Part shown: positions 47,447 to 56,639 of the stretch, one piece after another | Position numbering within the stretch: position 1 is the stretch's first letter | Layout of the letters: each line of letters opens with the position of its first letter | NCBI GenBank assembly: GCA_046292285.1 | Contig: JBKBRJ010000005.1 | Coordinates: forward strand, 6,537-70,536 | Direction of reading: 5' to 3' | DNA: 64,000 bases | Source of the DNA: Mesorhizobium sp. | Lineage (GTDB): Bacteria; Pseudomonadota; Alphaproteobacteria; Rhizobiales; Rhizobiaceae | Position numbers and translations under genes: made by a program | Notes under the pieces: model-generated | The model's input: the letters and a program-made list of their open reading frames with translations, nothing else | Databases searched by the model: none | Told to the model about the DNA's origin: nothing

Positions 47447-50289
47447 GTCTCCTTGCCTTCGGCCAGCCGCTTGTGCTGTTCGGCCTGCTTGCGCTGCCGG
47501 TGATCTGGTGGCTGCTGCGGCTCACCCCGCCGAAGCCGCAGACGGAGGTCTTTCCGCCGCTGCGCATTCTCCTGCGGGTGCTGAAGCCCGAGGAGACGCC
47601 GCACCAGAGCCCCTGGTGGCTGACGCTCCTGAGGCTCCTGATGGCGGCGCTGGTCATCTTCGCGCTCGCCGATCCGGTGTTCAACCCGCGCGAGCGGCTG
47701 GAGACCGGGGGCGGATCGGTGGCGATCGTCATGGACAATGGCTGGGCGAGCGCCAGCGACTGGGACGTCAGGGTCGCGACGGCCGAGCGGCTGATCGCCG
47801 ATGCCGGCGCATCGGGCGCACCCGTCATCCTCGCATTCACCGCCGACAAGCCGAACGCCGAACTCGGCCCCTTCGACGCCGAGCAGGCGATGGACCGTTT
47901 GCGCGCGGCGCAGCCGCGCCCGGTCCCGGTCGACCGCGCCAGCGTCTATGCCCGGGTGGCGACGGCCCTGGCGTCGGCGCCCGGCGCGACGGTGGCGGTG
48001 CTGACCGATGGCCTCGCCACCACCGGCGACCAGGCGGGGTTCGCCGCCTTGCTCGGAGAAAACGCCGGTCGGCTCGTCTGGATCGAGCCAGAACGCCTCG
48101 CCATGGCCGGCCTGACCGCGGTCGACAATCAGCCCGACGCCTTCTTCGCCACCGCGATTCGCGCCGCGGGCGACCCCGCGCCGCGCCAGATGACGGCCGG
48201 CGCCTTCGACGATCGCGGGCGGCGCATCGCCGACGCCATGTTCAGCTTCGGCTTCGGCGAAACCACCGCCGTCGGCGAGATTCGCGTGCCGTTCGAACTG
48301 CGCAACGACTTCGCCGCCATCCGCATCGATGGCGAGGAGCAGGCCGCCGCCGTCCGCGTGCTCGACGAGAACTCGAAGCGCCGCCGGGTGGGGCTCATCT
48401 CGCAGTCCGAGGCCGACCAGGCGCAGCCGCTGCTCTCGCCGCTCTACTACATCCGCCGCGCCCTGGAGCCCTTTGCCGACCTCGTCGAACCAACGACGCC
48501 CGACCTCGCCGAAGCCATTCCACAGATCCTCGAGCAGAAGCCGGCGATGATCGTGATGGCCGACGTCGGGACGTTGCCCGAGAGCGCCCGCGAAGCGCTG
48601 ATCGAATGGGTGAACGACGGCGGGACGCTGGTCCGCTTCGCCGGTTCCCGGCTGGCGGCCGCCGAAAACGATCCCGACCTGCTGCCGGTGCGCCTGCGCC
48701 TGGGCGAGCGGTCGATGGGCGGCTCGCTGTCCTGGACGGAGCCGCAGCCCGTGGCGGAGTTCCCGGCGAACGGTCCCTTCTCCGACCTGACCCCGCCCCG
48801 CGAGGTGGCTGTCGCGCGGCAGGTGCTGGCGGAGCCCACGCCCGATCTCTTCGACAGCACCTGGGCGAGCCTTGCCGACGGCACGCCGTTGGTGACCGGT
48901 GCTGGTCGCGGAGACGGGACGGTGGTGCTCTTCCACGTCACGCCCGAGGCGACATGGTCGAACCTGCCGATCTCCGGCAGCTTCGTCGAGATGCTGCGCC
49001 GGGTCGTGCAATTGTCGCGCAACCAGGGCGTCATCGACGCATCGGGCCGTTCCGGTGCGCAGTCGCTGGCGCCCTTCCGCATGATCGCGGCCAACGGCGC
49101 GCTTGTGCCGCCGCCCTCGGACGCGGAACCTCTGCTCGTCGGGGCGGGCGTCAGCCGCGGTGTCACCATCGCCAATCCGCCGGGCCTCTACGGCACCGAC
49201 GAGGGCGTGGTTGCACACAACCTGCTGCCCGCCGAGGCGACGCTGACCCCGATCGAACGTCCGGCCACGTCGCTGCCGGTTTCGGAGTTCGCCTATGCCG
49301 CCGACGAATCGCGCGACCTCAAGGGCCTGCTCGTCGCGCTGGCGCTCGCGCTGATGGTGCTCGACACCATCGCGGTGTTCTGGATGGGCGGCATGTTCCG
49401 ACGCGGCGGGCGACTGGGCCGACGCCCCGCCGGCACGGCGGCGGCGGGACTGTGGGCGCTCGCCGCTTTCGGCCTCGTCCTGCTTGCGCCGGGCCACGCG
49501 CTTGCCCAGGACGTCCCGCCCGATGGCGGCATCAGCGACGTTGCGGCCATCGAGGCGATCTCGAAGACGCGCATCGCCTATGTCCGAACCGGCAATTCGT
49601 CCATCGATGCCGTGAGCCGCGCGGGCCTTTCGGGTCTCACCCGCTTCCTGATCGAGAAGACGGCGCTGGAACCGGGACCGCCGGCCGGCATCGACGTCGA
49701 GACCGACGAACTCACCTTCTACCCGCTGATCTACTGGCCGATCGACGAGTCGGCGCCGATGCCGAGCCCGGCGGCCATCGCCCGCGTCGATGCCTACATG
49801 CAGCAGGGCGGCACCGTGTTGTTCGACACCCGTGACCAGTTTTCGACGGGCATCGGCATGTCGGGCTCCGCGAGTCCGGCAACGCGGCGTCTGCGCGACA
49901 TCGTCGCCGGCTTGAACGTCCCGCCGCTGGAGCCCGTGCCGGACGACCACGTGCTGACGAAATCCTTCTACATCCTTCAGAATTTCCCCGGCCGCTACAA
50001 TGGCAGCCCGCTCTGGGTGGAAGCCTCGCTCGATGCATCCAATGTCGAGGAACGCCCCGTCCGAACCGGAGACGGAGTCTCGCCGATCATGATCACGGCG
50101 AATGATTTCGCCGGCGCATGGGCGGTCGACGCGAGCGGCGATCCCCTGCTGCCCACCGTACCGGCCGACCCGATGCAGCGCGTCTACGCGCTGCGGTCGG
50201 GCGTCAACATCATGATGTACATGCTGACCGGCAACTACAAGTCCGACCAGGTGCACGTCCCGATCCTGCTCGAGAGGCTCGGGCAATGA
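47443..50289 (+). CDS. Large membrane protein with a BatA-type N-terminal domain and a C-terminal DUF4159-like domain
   Basis: N-terminus MSLLAFGQPLVLFGLLALPVIWWLLRL (aerotolerance-regulator N-terminal type). The C-terminus YPLIYWP...LTKSFYIL...ANDFAGAW...NIMMYMLTGNYK is DUF4159-like. ATGA overlap with DUF58. Confidence 0.8.
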   Translation: MSLLAFGQPLVLFGLLALPVIWWLLRLTPPKPQTEVFPPLRILLRVLKPEETPHQSPWWLTLLRLLMAALVIFALADPVFNPRERLETGGGSVAIVMDNGWASASDWDVRVATAERLIADAGASGAPVILAFTADKPNAELGPFDAEQAMDRLRAAQPRPVPVDRASVYARVATALASAPGATVAVLTDGLATTGDQAGFAALLGENAGRLVWIEPERLAMAGLTAVDNQPDAFFATAIRAAGDPAPRQMTAGAFDDRGRRIADAMFSFGFGETTAVGEIRVPFELRNDFAAIRIDGEEQAAAVRVLDENSKRRRVGLISQSEADQAQPLLSPLYYIRRALEPFADLVEPTTPDLAEAIPQILEQKPAMIVMADVGTLPESAREALIEWVNDGGTLVRFAGSRLAAAENDPDLLPVRLRLGERSMGGSLSWTEPQPVAEFPANGPFSDLTPPREVAVARQVLAEPTPDLFDSTWASLADGTPLVTGAGRGDGTVVLFHVTPEATWSNLPISGSFVEMLRRVVQLSRNQGVIDASGRSGAQSLAPFRMIAANGALVPPPSDAEPLLVGAGVSRGVTIANPPGLYGTDEGVVAHNLLPAEATLTPIERPATSLPVSEFAYAADESRDLKGLLVALALALMVLDTIAVFWMGGMFRRGGRLGRRPAGTAAAGLWALAAFGLVLLAPGHALAQDVPPDGGISDVAAIEAISKTRIAYVRTGNSSIDAVSRAGLSGLTRFLIEKTALEPGPPAGIDVETDELTFYPLIYWPIDESAPMPSPAAIARVDAYMQQGGTVLFDTRDQFSTGIGMSGSASPATRRLRDIVAGLNVPPLEPVPDDHVLTKSFYILQNFPGRYNGSPLWVEASLDASNVEERPVRTGDGVSPIMITANDFAGAWAVDASGDPLLPTVPADPMQRVYALRSGVNIMMYMLTGNYKSDQVHVPILLERLGQ

Positions 50290-50326
50290 GGCGCGTCCCA
50301 CGCCCAGCCGCGATGGAGAGGCCGAC

Positions 50327-52396
50327 ATGAACTGGTCCATCGCCTTCGAGCCGCTGCTCGACTGGACGTGGCTCGGCGCCGTCCTCGTTCCGCTCGCGCT
50401 GCTCGCGCTCGCCGGCCTCGTCCTGCGACAGCGCGGCGCGCCGTTCCGCGCCGCCGCGATGGCGGCGCTGGCGCTGGCGCTGCTCAACCCTGTCCTGCTC
50501 GACGAGGAGCGCGAGCCCTTGAAGAGCGTCGTCGCCGTCGTCGCCGACCGCAGCCAGAGCCAGGAGATCGGCGATCGCGCAGCGACGACCGAGGCCGCGG
50601 TCGAAGACTTGAAGGCGAAGCTCGCCCGCTTCCCGCAATTCGACGTGCGGGTGGTCGACGCGGGACGTGCCAGCGAGACCGAGGACCGGACGGAGACGCG
50701 GTTGTTCGGCGCGCTCGACAGCGTGCTGCGCGACGTGCCGCAATCGCGCGTCGCCGGCGCGATCCTCGTGACCGACGGCCAGGTGCACGACGTGCCCGAG
50801 CGGTTGGAGGGATCGAATGCCCCCCTTCATGCGCTGATTACAGGCTCGGAGGACGAACGCGACCGGCGCGTGCGCTTCGAGAACGCGCCGCGCTTCGGCA
50901 TCGTCGGCCGGCCGCTGGCCATGTCCTACCGGGTCACCGACACCGCCGGCGGGCGGGATGCCGTCGACGTGCGCGTCAGCGTCAATGGCGAGCAGGTCGC
51001 GGTCGAGACGGCAATCGTCGGCGAGGAAATGCCGATCGAGATCGTCGTGCCCGGCGCGGGGCGCAACATCGTCGAATTGGCGATCGATCGCGTCGACGAC
51101 GAGATCACCGACACCAACAACCGCGCCATCGCGCTGGTGGACGGCATCCGCGAGAACCTGCGCGTGCTGCTCGTCTCGGGCGAGCCGCATGCCGGCGAGC
51201 GCACCTGGCGCAACCTCCTGAAGTCGGACGCCGCGGTCGACCTCGTCCATTTCACCATCCTGCGTCCGCCGGAGAAGCAGGACGGCACGCCGATCAACGA
51301 CCTGTCGCTGATCGCCTTCCCGACGCGCGAGCTCTTCGTCGAGAAGATCAACGACTTCGACCTGATCATCTTCGACCGCTACCAGCACCGCGACGTGCTA
51401 CCGATCCTCTACTACGACTACATCGCCGAGTACGTGGAAAAGGGCGGCGCGCTGCTCGTCGCCGCCGGGCCGGAATATGCCGGCGCGCAGTCGATCTCGC
51501 GGACCCCGCTGATGGCCGCCCTGCCCGGCCTGCCCACCGGCCAGGTGCTGGAGCAGGGCTTCTATCCTCGCCTGACAGAGACGGGCGAGCGCCATCCGGT
51601 CACGCGTGGCCTCGAAGGCTCGGGCCAGGAGCCCCCGAACTGGAGCCGCTGGTTCCGCCTGATCGGCATCGACCGACCGCAGGGCCAGGTCGTGATGAAT
51701 GGCCCGAACGACCAGCCGCTGCTGATCCTCGACCGCAAGGGCGAGGGCCGCGTCGGCATGTTCCTGTCCGATCACGGCTGGTTGTGGGCGCGCGGCTTTG
51801 AGGGCGGCGGCCCGCACGTCTCGCTCTACCGGCGCATCGCGCACTGGCTGATGAAGGAGCCGGAACTGGAAGAGGAGCGGCTGACGGCCTCCGGGCGTGG
51901 CATGACGCTGGACATCCGCCGCCAGTCGATGAGCGAGGACCCCGGCGTCGCGAGCGTGATCACGCCGGCCGGCCAGCGGATCGACGTTCCGCTGCGGGCG
52001 GAAAGCCCGGGCATCTTCACCGCCAGCATGACGGTGGACGACATCGGTCTCTATCAGGTCGCCAACGGCGACCTGGCAACGCTCGCCCATGTCGGGCCGG
52101 TCAACGCGCCGGAATTCGCCGAGACGATCTCAACGACCGAAATCCTCGAGCCGCTCGCCAGGGCGACCGGCGGCAGCGTGCGACGGCTGGAAGGCTTCGC
52201 CGGCGGCCTGTCGATGCCCGGCATCGTTCCGGTCCGCGCGACGGGGGCTGCCTCCGGTCGCGACTGGATCGGGCTGCGCACGACGGAGGATTCGACCCTG
52301 CGATCGGTCAACCGCGTCCCGCTGTTCGGCGGTTTCCTCGGGCTCGGCCTGCTGCTGCTCGCGCTCGGCTCGATGTGGTGGCGCGAGGGGCGGTAG
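50327..52396 (+). CDS. Conserved membrane protein, last gene of the MoxR/DUF58 operon
   Basis: 689 aa with N- and C-terminal TM segments and a large intervening domain. Same strand, 37 nt after the preceding gene. Confidence 0.7.
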   Translation: MNWSIAFEPLLDWTWLGAVLVPLALLALAGLVLRQRGAPFRAAAMAALALALLNPVLLDEEREPLKSVVAVVADRSQSQEIGDRAATTEAAVEDLKAKLARFPQFDVRVVDAGRASETEDRTETRLFGALDSVLRDVPQSRVAGAILVTDGQVHDVPERLEGSNAPLHALITGSEDERDRRVRFENAPRFGIVGRPLAMSYRVTDTAGGRDAVDVRVSVNGEQVAVETAIVGEEMPIEIVVPGAGRNIVELAIDRVDDEITDTNNRAIALVDGIRENLRVLLVSGEPHAGERTWRNLLKSDAAVDLVHFTILRPPEKQDGTPINDLSLIAFPTRELFVEKINDFDLIIFDRYQHRDVLPILYYDYIAEYVEKGGALLVAAGPEYAGAQSISRTPLMAALPGLPTGQVLEQGFYPRLTETGERHPVTRGLEGSGQEPPNWSRWFRLIGIDRPQGQVVMNGPNDQPLLILDRKGEGRVGMFLSDHGWLWARGFEGGGPHVSLYRRIAHWLMKEPELEEERLTASGRGMTLDIRRQSMSEDPGVASVITPAGQRIDVPLRAESPGIFTASMTVDDIGLYQVANGDLATLAHVGPVNAPEFAETISTTEILEPLARATGGSVRRLEGFAGGLSMPGIVPVRATGAASGRDWIGLRTTEDSTLRSVNRVPLFGGFLGLGLLLLALGSMWWREGR

Positions 52397-52400
52397 CCGC

Positions 52401-52946
52401 TCAGGCCGTCGCCGCGATGCGCTCGACGGTGCCGGTCGAAGGCTCGGACACCAGATCCGCGTGCCGCATCTCGCCTTGCAGCGTCCCCAGCGCGCCAGCC
52501 TCGATCTCGTGGATCAGCAACCGGCGATAGTCGACCGGGCGCGGCATGGTGATCTGGCCGATCGGAACCTGTCTGAAGCCGAGCGGACCGTAGTAGGGCT
52601 CATCGCCGACGAGAATGACGGAGGCCCAGCCGGCGGCGCGCGCCGCCGCCCGTGCCCTCCGCACCAGCTTGCGGCCGATGCCGAGGTCCTTGTGCGACGG
52701 CCGGACCGCGAGCGGACCCAGCAGCAGCGAGCGTCCCTCCCCCACCGCGATGCGCGTCAGCCTGACTGTGGCGATGACCCGCCCGTCATGCTTGGCGACG
52801 AAGGACAGCGCGCGCTCGTGCGGGCCGCCCTCGCGGATCTTGTAGGCCGCGCGCGCGAAGCGCCCCGGCCCGAAGGCCTCGGCGTTGATGTCCTCGATCT
52901 CATGGTCGTGCGCGGCCGTTTCGGCCAGATAGCTGATCTCGTGCAT
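52401..52946 (-). CDS. GNAT-family N-acetyltransferase
   Basis: LGPLAVRPSHKDLGIGRKLV motif A. Start re-set to MHEISY. Confidence 0.8.
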   Translation of the reverse strand: MHEISYLAETAAHDHEIEDINAEAFGPGRFARAAYKIREGGPHERALSFVAKHDGRVIATVRLTRIAVGEGRSLLLGPLAVRPSHKDLGIGRKLVRRARAAARAAGWASVILVGDEPYYGPLGFRQVPIGQITMPRPVDYRRLLIHEIEAGALGTLQGEMRHADLVSEPSTGTVERIAATA

Positions 52947-53232
52947 GGAAGTCGTCCGTATCGTCGGGAAGGATGCCGCGGATTGCGGCGGACGCGAGAA
53001 TTCGGCGCCGGTCAGGCGCGGGCGCTCATTCGTCGTCGTGCGATACGGGCTGCGAACACGATTGTCCCTCGGATGCTCGGCTCCGCTAGCATCATTTTTA
53101 GGCACCGTCCATCGTCAAATCGCAAGACATCTTCGTTCCCGGCGTTCAGGGTGACGAACTGTTCAGGCGCAGGACCGTTGGAGCGAGCGGTGCGGAAACC
53201 TACCTTGACGGAGAACGACAGGGAGATGATCG

Positions 53233-54243
53233 ATGGGATTGCTGGTCGACGGGGCGTGGCAGGACAAGTGGTATGACACGTCGAAGAGCGGCGGGCGTTT
53301 CCAGCGATCCGTATCGCAGTTCCGCGACTTCGTGACGGTCGACGGCGTGCCTGCGGAAGGCCGCGCGCGCGGCTTCAAGGCCGATCCCGGCCGCTATCAC
53401 CTCTACGTCTCGCTCGCCTGCCCCTGGGCGCACCGGACGCTGATCTTCCGCGCGCTGAAGAAGCTCGAGAACGTGATCTCGGTCTCGATCGTCGACCATT
53501 TCATGGGAAAGGACGGCTGGACCTTCTTCGAGCGCGACGGCGCGACGGGCGACACGCTCTACGGATCGGAATTCTTGCACCAGATCTACACGAAGGCCGA
53601 TCCGACCTATTCCGGCCGTGTCACCGTTCCGGTGCTGTGGGACAAGCGCGAGGAGACGATCGTCTCCAACGAATCCTCCGAAATCATCCGCATGCTGAAT
53701 TCCGCCTTCGATGCCTGGGGCGACGCGTCGATCGATTTCTATCCCGAGAGGCTGCGCGGCGACATCGACGCGTGGAACGAGCGCGTCTACGGCTCGATCA
53801 ACAACGGCGTCTACCGCTGCGGTTTCGCCACCACGCAGGAGGCCTATGAGGAGGCCTTCGACGAACTCTTCGGTGCGCTCGACGCGGTGGAGGCGCAACT
53901 GGCCAAGAGCCGCTACCTGACGGGCGAAACGCTGACCGAGGCCGACTGGCGGCTGTTCACCACGCTGGTGCGGTTCGATCCGGTCTATTTCGGCCACTTC
54001 AAGTGCAATTTGCGCCGCATCGCTGACTATCCGAACCTGTGGAACTACACCTGCGATCTGTACCAGACGCCGAAGGTGGCTGGCACGGTCGACCTGCACC
54101 ACATCAAGCACCACTATTACGCAAGCCACGAGACCATCAATCCGACGCGCATCGTGCCGCGCGGCCCTGCGATCGACTACGCGCAACCGCATGACCGCGA
54201 GCGGTTCGTCGCGAATCGTCGAAGCGCGGCGAGCTACCAGTAG
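53233..54243 (+). CDS. Xi-class glutathione transferase (glutathionyl-hydroquinone reductase, YqjG-like)
   Basis: RYHLYVSLACPWAHRTLI (CPWA active site), TVPVLWDK, NGVYRCGFA, HHIKHHYY. Confidence 0.85.
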   Translation: MGLLVDGAWQDKWYDTSKSGGRFQRSVSQFRDFVTVDGVPAEGRARGFKADPGRYHLYVSLACPWAHRTLIFRALKKLENVISVSIVDHFMGKDGWTFFERDGATGDTLYGSEFLHQIYTKADPTYSGRVTVPVLWDKREETIVSNESSEIIRMLNSAFDAWGDASIDFYPERLRGDIDAWNERVYGSINNGVYRCGFATTQEAYEEAFDELFGALDAVEAQLAKSRYLTGETLTEADWRLFTTLVRFDPVYFGHFKCNLRRIADYPNLWNYTCDLYQTPKVAGTVDLHHIKHHYYASHETINPTRIVPRGPAIDYAQPHDRERFVANRRSAASYQ

Positions 54244-54746
54244 GGCGACGGCGCCCTGCCCTCGAACTGCTCGGCCAGGCGCTCGCGCGTGGCGCGCGTC
54301 GTTCCTTCCGGAAGCTCGTCGAGCCGGAAGAAGCCTGCTTCGGCGATCTCCATGTCGCCAGCCTTCGGCGCGGTCTGATGGAACTCGCTGACCACGTAGA
54401 GCGCGACATGATCGCGCGGGCTGGCGGCACGGTTCTGGTACATCGCCGCCAGGCGCGGCGCGCCCCGCATCTCGATGTTGCCCTCCTCGAGGAGTTCGTG
54501 GCGCAGCGCCTCCAGAAGCGTCTCGCCGGTCTCCACCCCTCCGCCCGGAAACTGCCAGCCCGGCACGTAGGTGTGGCGCACGAGGAACACGCTGCGCTCC
54601 GCCTCGTTGAGGACCAGCGCCCGAACGCCGAGCGTCATTGGCCGCCGCAGCAGGAAGTAGGTATGGAACAGACGTCCGCGCAGGCGCGCGAGCCGGCCGC
54701 GGCCGAACGGGCCGGGGTCGTCAGCGTCGCTCACCGCGGGCGCCAT
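54234..54746 (-). CDS. NUDIX hydrolase
   Basis: Nudix box WQFPGGGVETGETLLEALRHELLEEGNI. Start re-set to the ATG at 54746. The 3' end overlaps the GST stop by 10 nt. Confidence 0.75.
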   Translation of the reverse strand: MAPAVSDADDPGPFGRGRLARLRGRLFHTYFLLRRPMTLGVRALVLNEAERSVFLVRHTYVPGWQFPGGGVETGETLLEALRHELLEEGNIEMRGAPRLAAMYQNRAASPRDHVALYVVSEFHQTAPKAGDMEIAEAGFFRLDELPEGTTRATRERLAEQFEGRAPSPYW

Positions 54747-54787
54747 CCGTACTGGATCGCGCCCGGTCGCTGTCCTAGAAGGTTCCA

Positions 54788-55717
54788 ATGTTCCGTCTTG
54801 CGCATCTTTCCGACCTGCATCTCGGCCCCCTGCCGGACATAACCTATCGCGAACTCGCCTCCAAGCGCATCACCGGCTACGTCAACTGGCAGCGCAACCG
54901 CCGCAAGGCAATCCACAACGGCGTGACCGATGCGCTGCTCGACGACATCCGCGCGCGCGACGTCGATCATCTCGCGGTGACGGGCGATCTCGTCAATCTG
55001 GCGCTCGATGCCGAGATCGACGTCGCCCGCGAATGGCTGCACATGGCGGGCGAACCCGAGCGCCTTTCCGTCGTTCCCGGCAACCATGATGCCTATGTGC
55101 CGGGCGCCCTGTTCAAGGCCTGCAAGGCCTGGCGCCCCTGGATGACCGGCGAGAAGACTCATGTCGGGCAGAGCGAGACGGGGTTTCCCTACCTGCGAAC
55201 GTTTGGAAACGTGGCGCTGATCGGCGTGTCCTCGGCGCACGCGACCGCGCCCTTCCTGGCGCTCGGCACCTTTCGCGACGAGCAGGCGGCGAGCGTGGCC
55301 AAACTCCTCGACATCGCCGCGAAACGCGGCCTGTTCCGGATCGTCATGATTCACCATCCGCCGGTGCGCGGCCTGACCACGGCGCACAAGCGCCTGTATG
55401 GAATCGGCCTGTTCCAGAAGACGGTGGCCCGGCACGGCGCCGAACTCGTCCTGCACGGACACACGCACGATCCGACGCTGTCCTGGATCCGGGGCAAGGG
55501 GCATCGGATACCGGTGCTCGGCGTGACCGCCGCGGGACAGGGAACGGGGGGAGAGAAACCACCCGCCCAGTACAATCTGATCGAGGTCGAGGGAGTGCCC
55601 GGCGCCTGGCGCGTGATGCATTCGCGACGCGGGATCAAGGGCCAGTTCCCGACCTTCACCGTGGAAGGCGGGGAGCCGACCGATCTCTATTCCGCGCCTC
55701 AGTTCGACGCGAAATAG
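54788..55717 (+). CDS. Metallophosphoesterase (Icc/CpdA-like motif set)
   Basis: LSDLHLG, VTGDLVN, PGNHDAY, MIHHPP, LHGHTHDP: the five calcineurin-like phosphoesterase motifs. Confidence 0.8.
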   Translation: MFRLAHLSDLHLGPLPDITYRELASKRITGYVNWQRNRRKAIHNGVTDALLDDIRARDVDHLAVTGDLVNLALDAEIDVAREWLHMAGEPERLSVVPGNHDAYVPGALFKACKAWRPWMTGEKTHVGQSETGFPYLRTFGNVALIGVSSAHATAPFLALGTFRDEQAASVAKLLDIAAKRGLFRIVMIHHPPVRGLTTAHKRLYGIGLFQKTVARHGAELVLHGHTHDPTLSWIRGKGHRIPVLGVTAAGQGTGGEKPPAQYNLIEVEGVPGAWRVMHSRRGIKGQFPTFTVEGGEPTDLYSAPQFDAK

Positions 55718-56454
55718 GCCGTGATCCGGTCGTAGTAGACGGCCGCGAGAACGGCGAGACCGGCCAGCGCGCCGGCCATCACGACGCCGACCGCCGAGAG
55801 AAAGGCGCGCAGCCGTCCGGGCCGGCGCCGCGGCATTCTGTACTCCCTCTCGCCGGCCTCCTCGTCGTCCTCGTCGTCGGCCCGGCCGGCGTAGGAAAGC
55901 AGCGAGCCTCCCCGGCGATCGTCGCGCTCGGCGGGCGGCGCAGCATAGTCGCGCGCCCGATCGGCGGAACGGCGCCTGGGAGCGTGGCGGACAGGCGCGG
56001 CTTCGGCCGGCGCGCGGTCGCGCTGCGCAAGCACGGGCTCGACCGGCCCGTCGAGCCAACGCTGGCGCTCGACCATGCGCTCGGCGATGTAGCGGGTGAC
56101 CTGCTGGGCGACCGGGCGCATGTCGGTCGATTCCGCCAGGACCACGCGTCCCATCCGGGTGTCGCGAACGAAACGGTAGGTACGGCGGTCGCGGCCCATG
56201 GCGACGTGGCTCACCGCATCGATCCACAGCCGCGGATGGAGGCCCGACGAGATGGCGAAGTCGAAGAGGATCTCCTCCTCCGGCACCTCGGCGAAGACGG
56301 GCGCCAGTTCCTGAGCGAGCAGTTCGAGGCGCATGCGGGCGGCCTCGCGCATGTCGACGACGACGTCCTCGCGCTCCGCGGCGGCGATCCTGATTTCGCG
56401 GATCGCCTGCGAAAGCCGGCCCTGTCGGTCAGCAACGCTGTCCCTGTCGTTCAT
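55699..56454 (-). CDS. Hypothetical tail-anchored membrane protein
   Basis: 251 aa: a structured N-terminal half, a charged Arg/Asp/Glu-rich linker, and a single C-terminal TM helix (FLSAVGVVMAGALAGLAVLAAVYY). Confidence 0.55.
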   Translation of the reverse strand: MNDRDSVADRQGRLSQAIREIRIAAAEREDVVVDMREAARMRLELLAQELAPVFAEVPEEEILFDFAISSGLHPRLWIDAVSHVAMGRDRRTYRFVRDTRMGRVVLAESTDMRPVAQQVTRYIAERMVERQRWLDGPVEPVLAQRDRAPAEAAPVRHAPRRRSADRARDYAAPPAERDDRRGGSLLSYAGRADDEDDEEAGEREYRMPRRRPGRLRAFLSAVGVVMAGALAGLAVLAAVYYDRITAYFASN

Positions 56455-56639
56455 CCGATGGCTCCACGCGCCTGCACACGATTAATGAAACGTTAACACA
56501 GCCGAGCGAGCGAACAAAAGGCGAATTCAAGGCGAATTGGCAGCATCGTAAATGGCCCCGCCGATCCGCGTGGATTGCGCGGTTTAAAATTCGTGGCTGC
56601 CTGACTATCTTAGCGGACGAACAACGATCGGAATCAACG

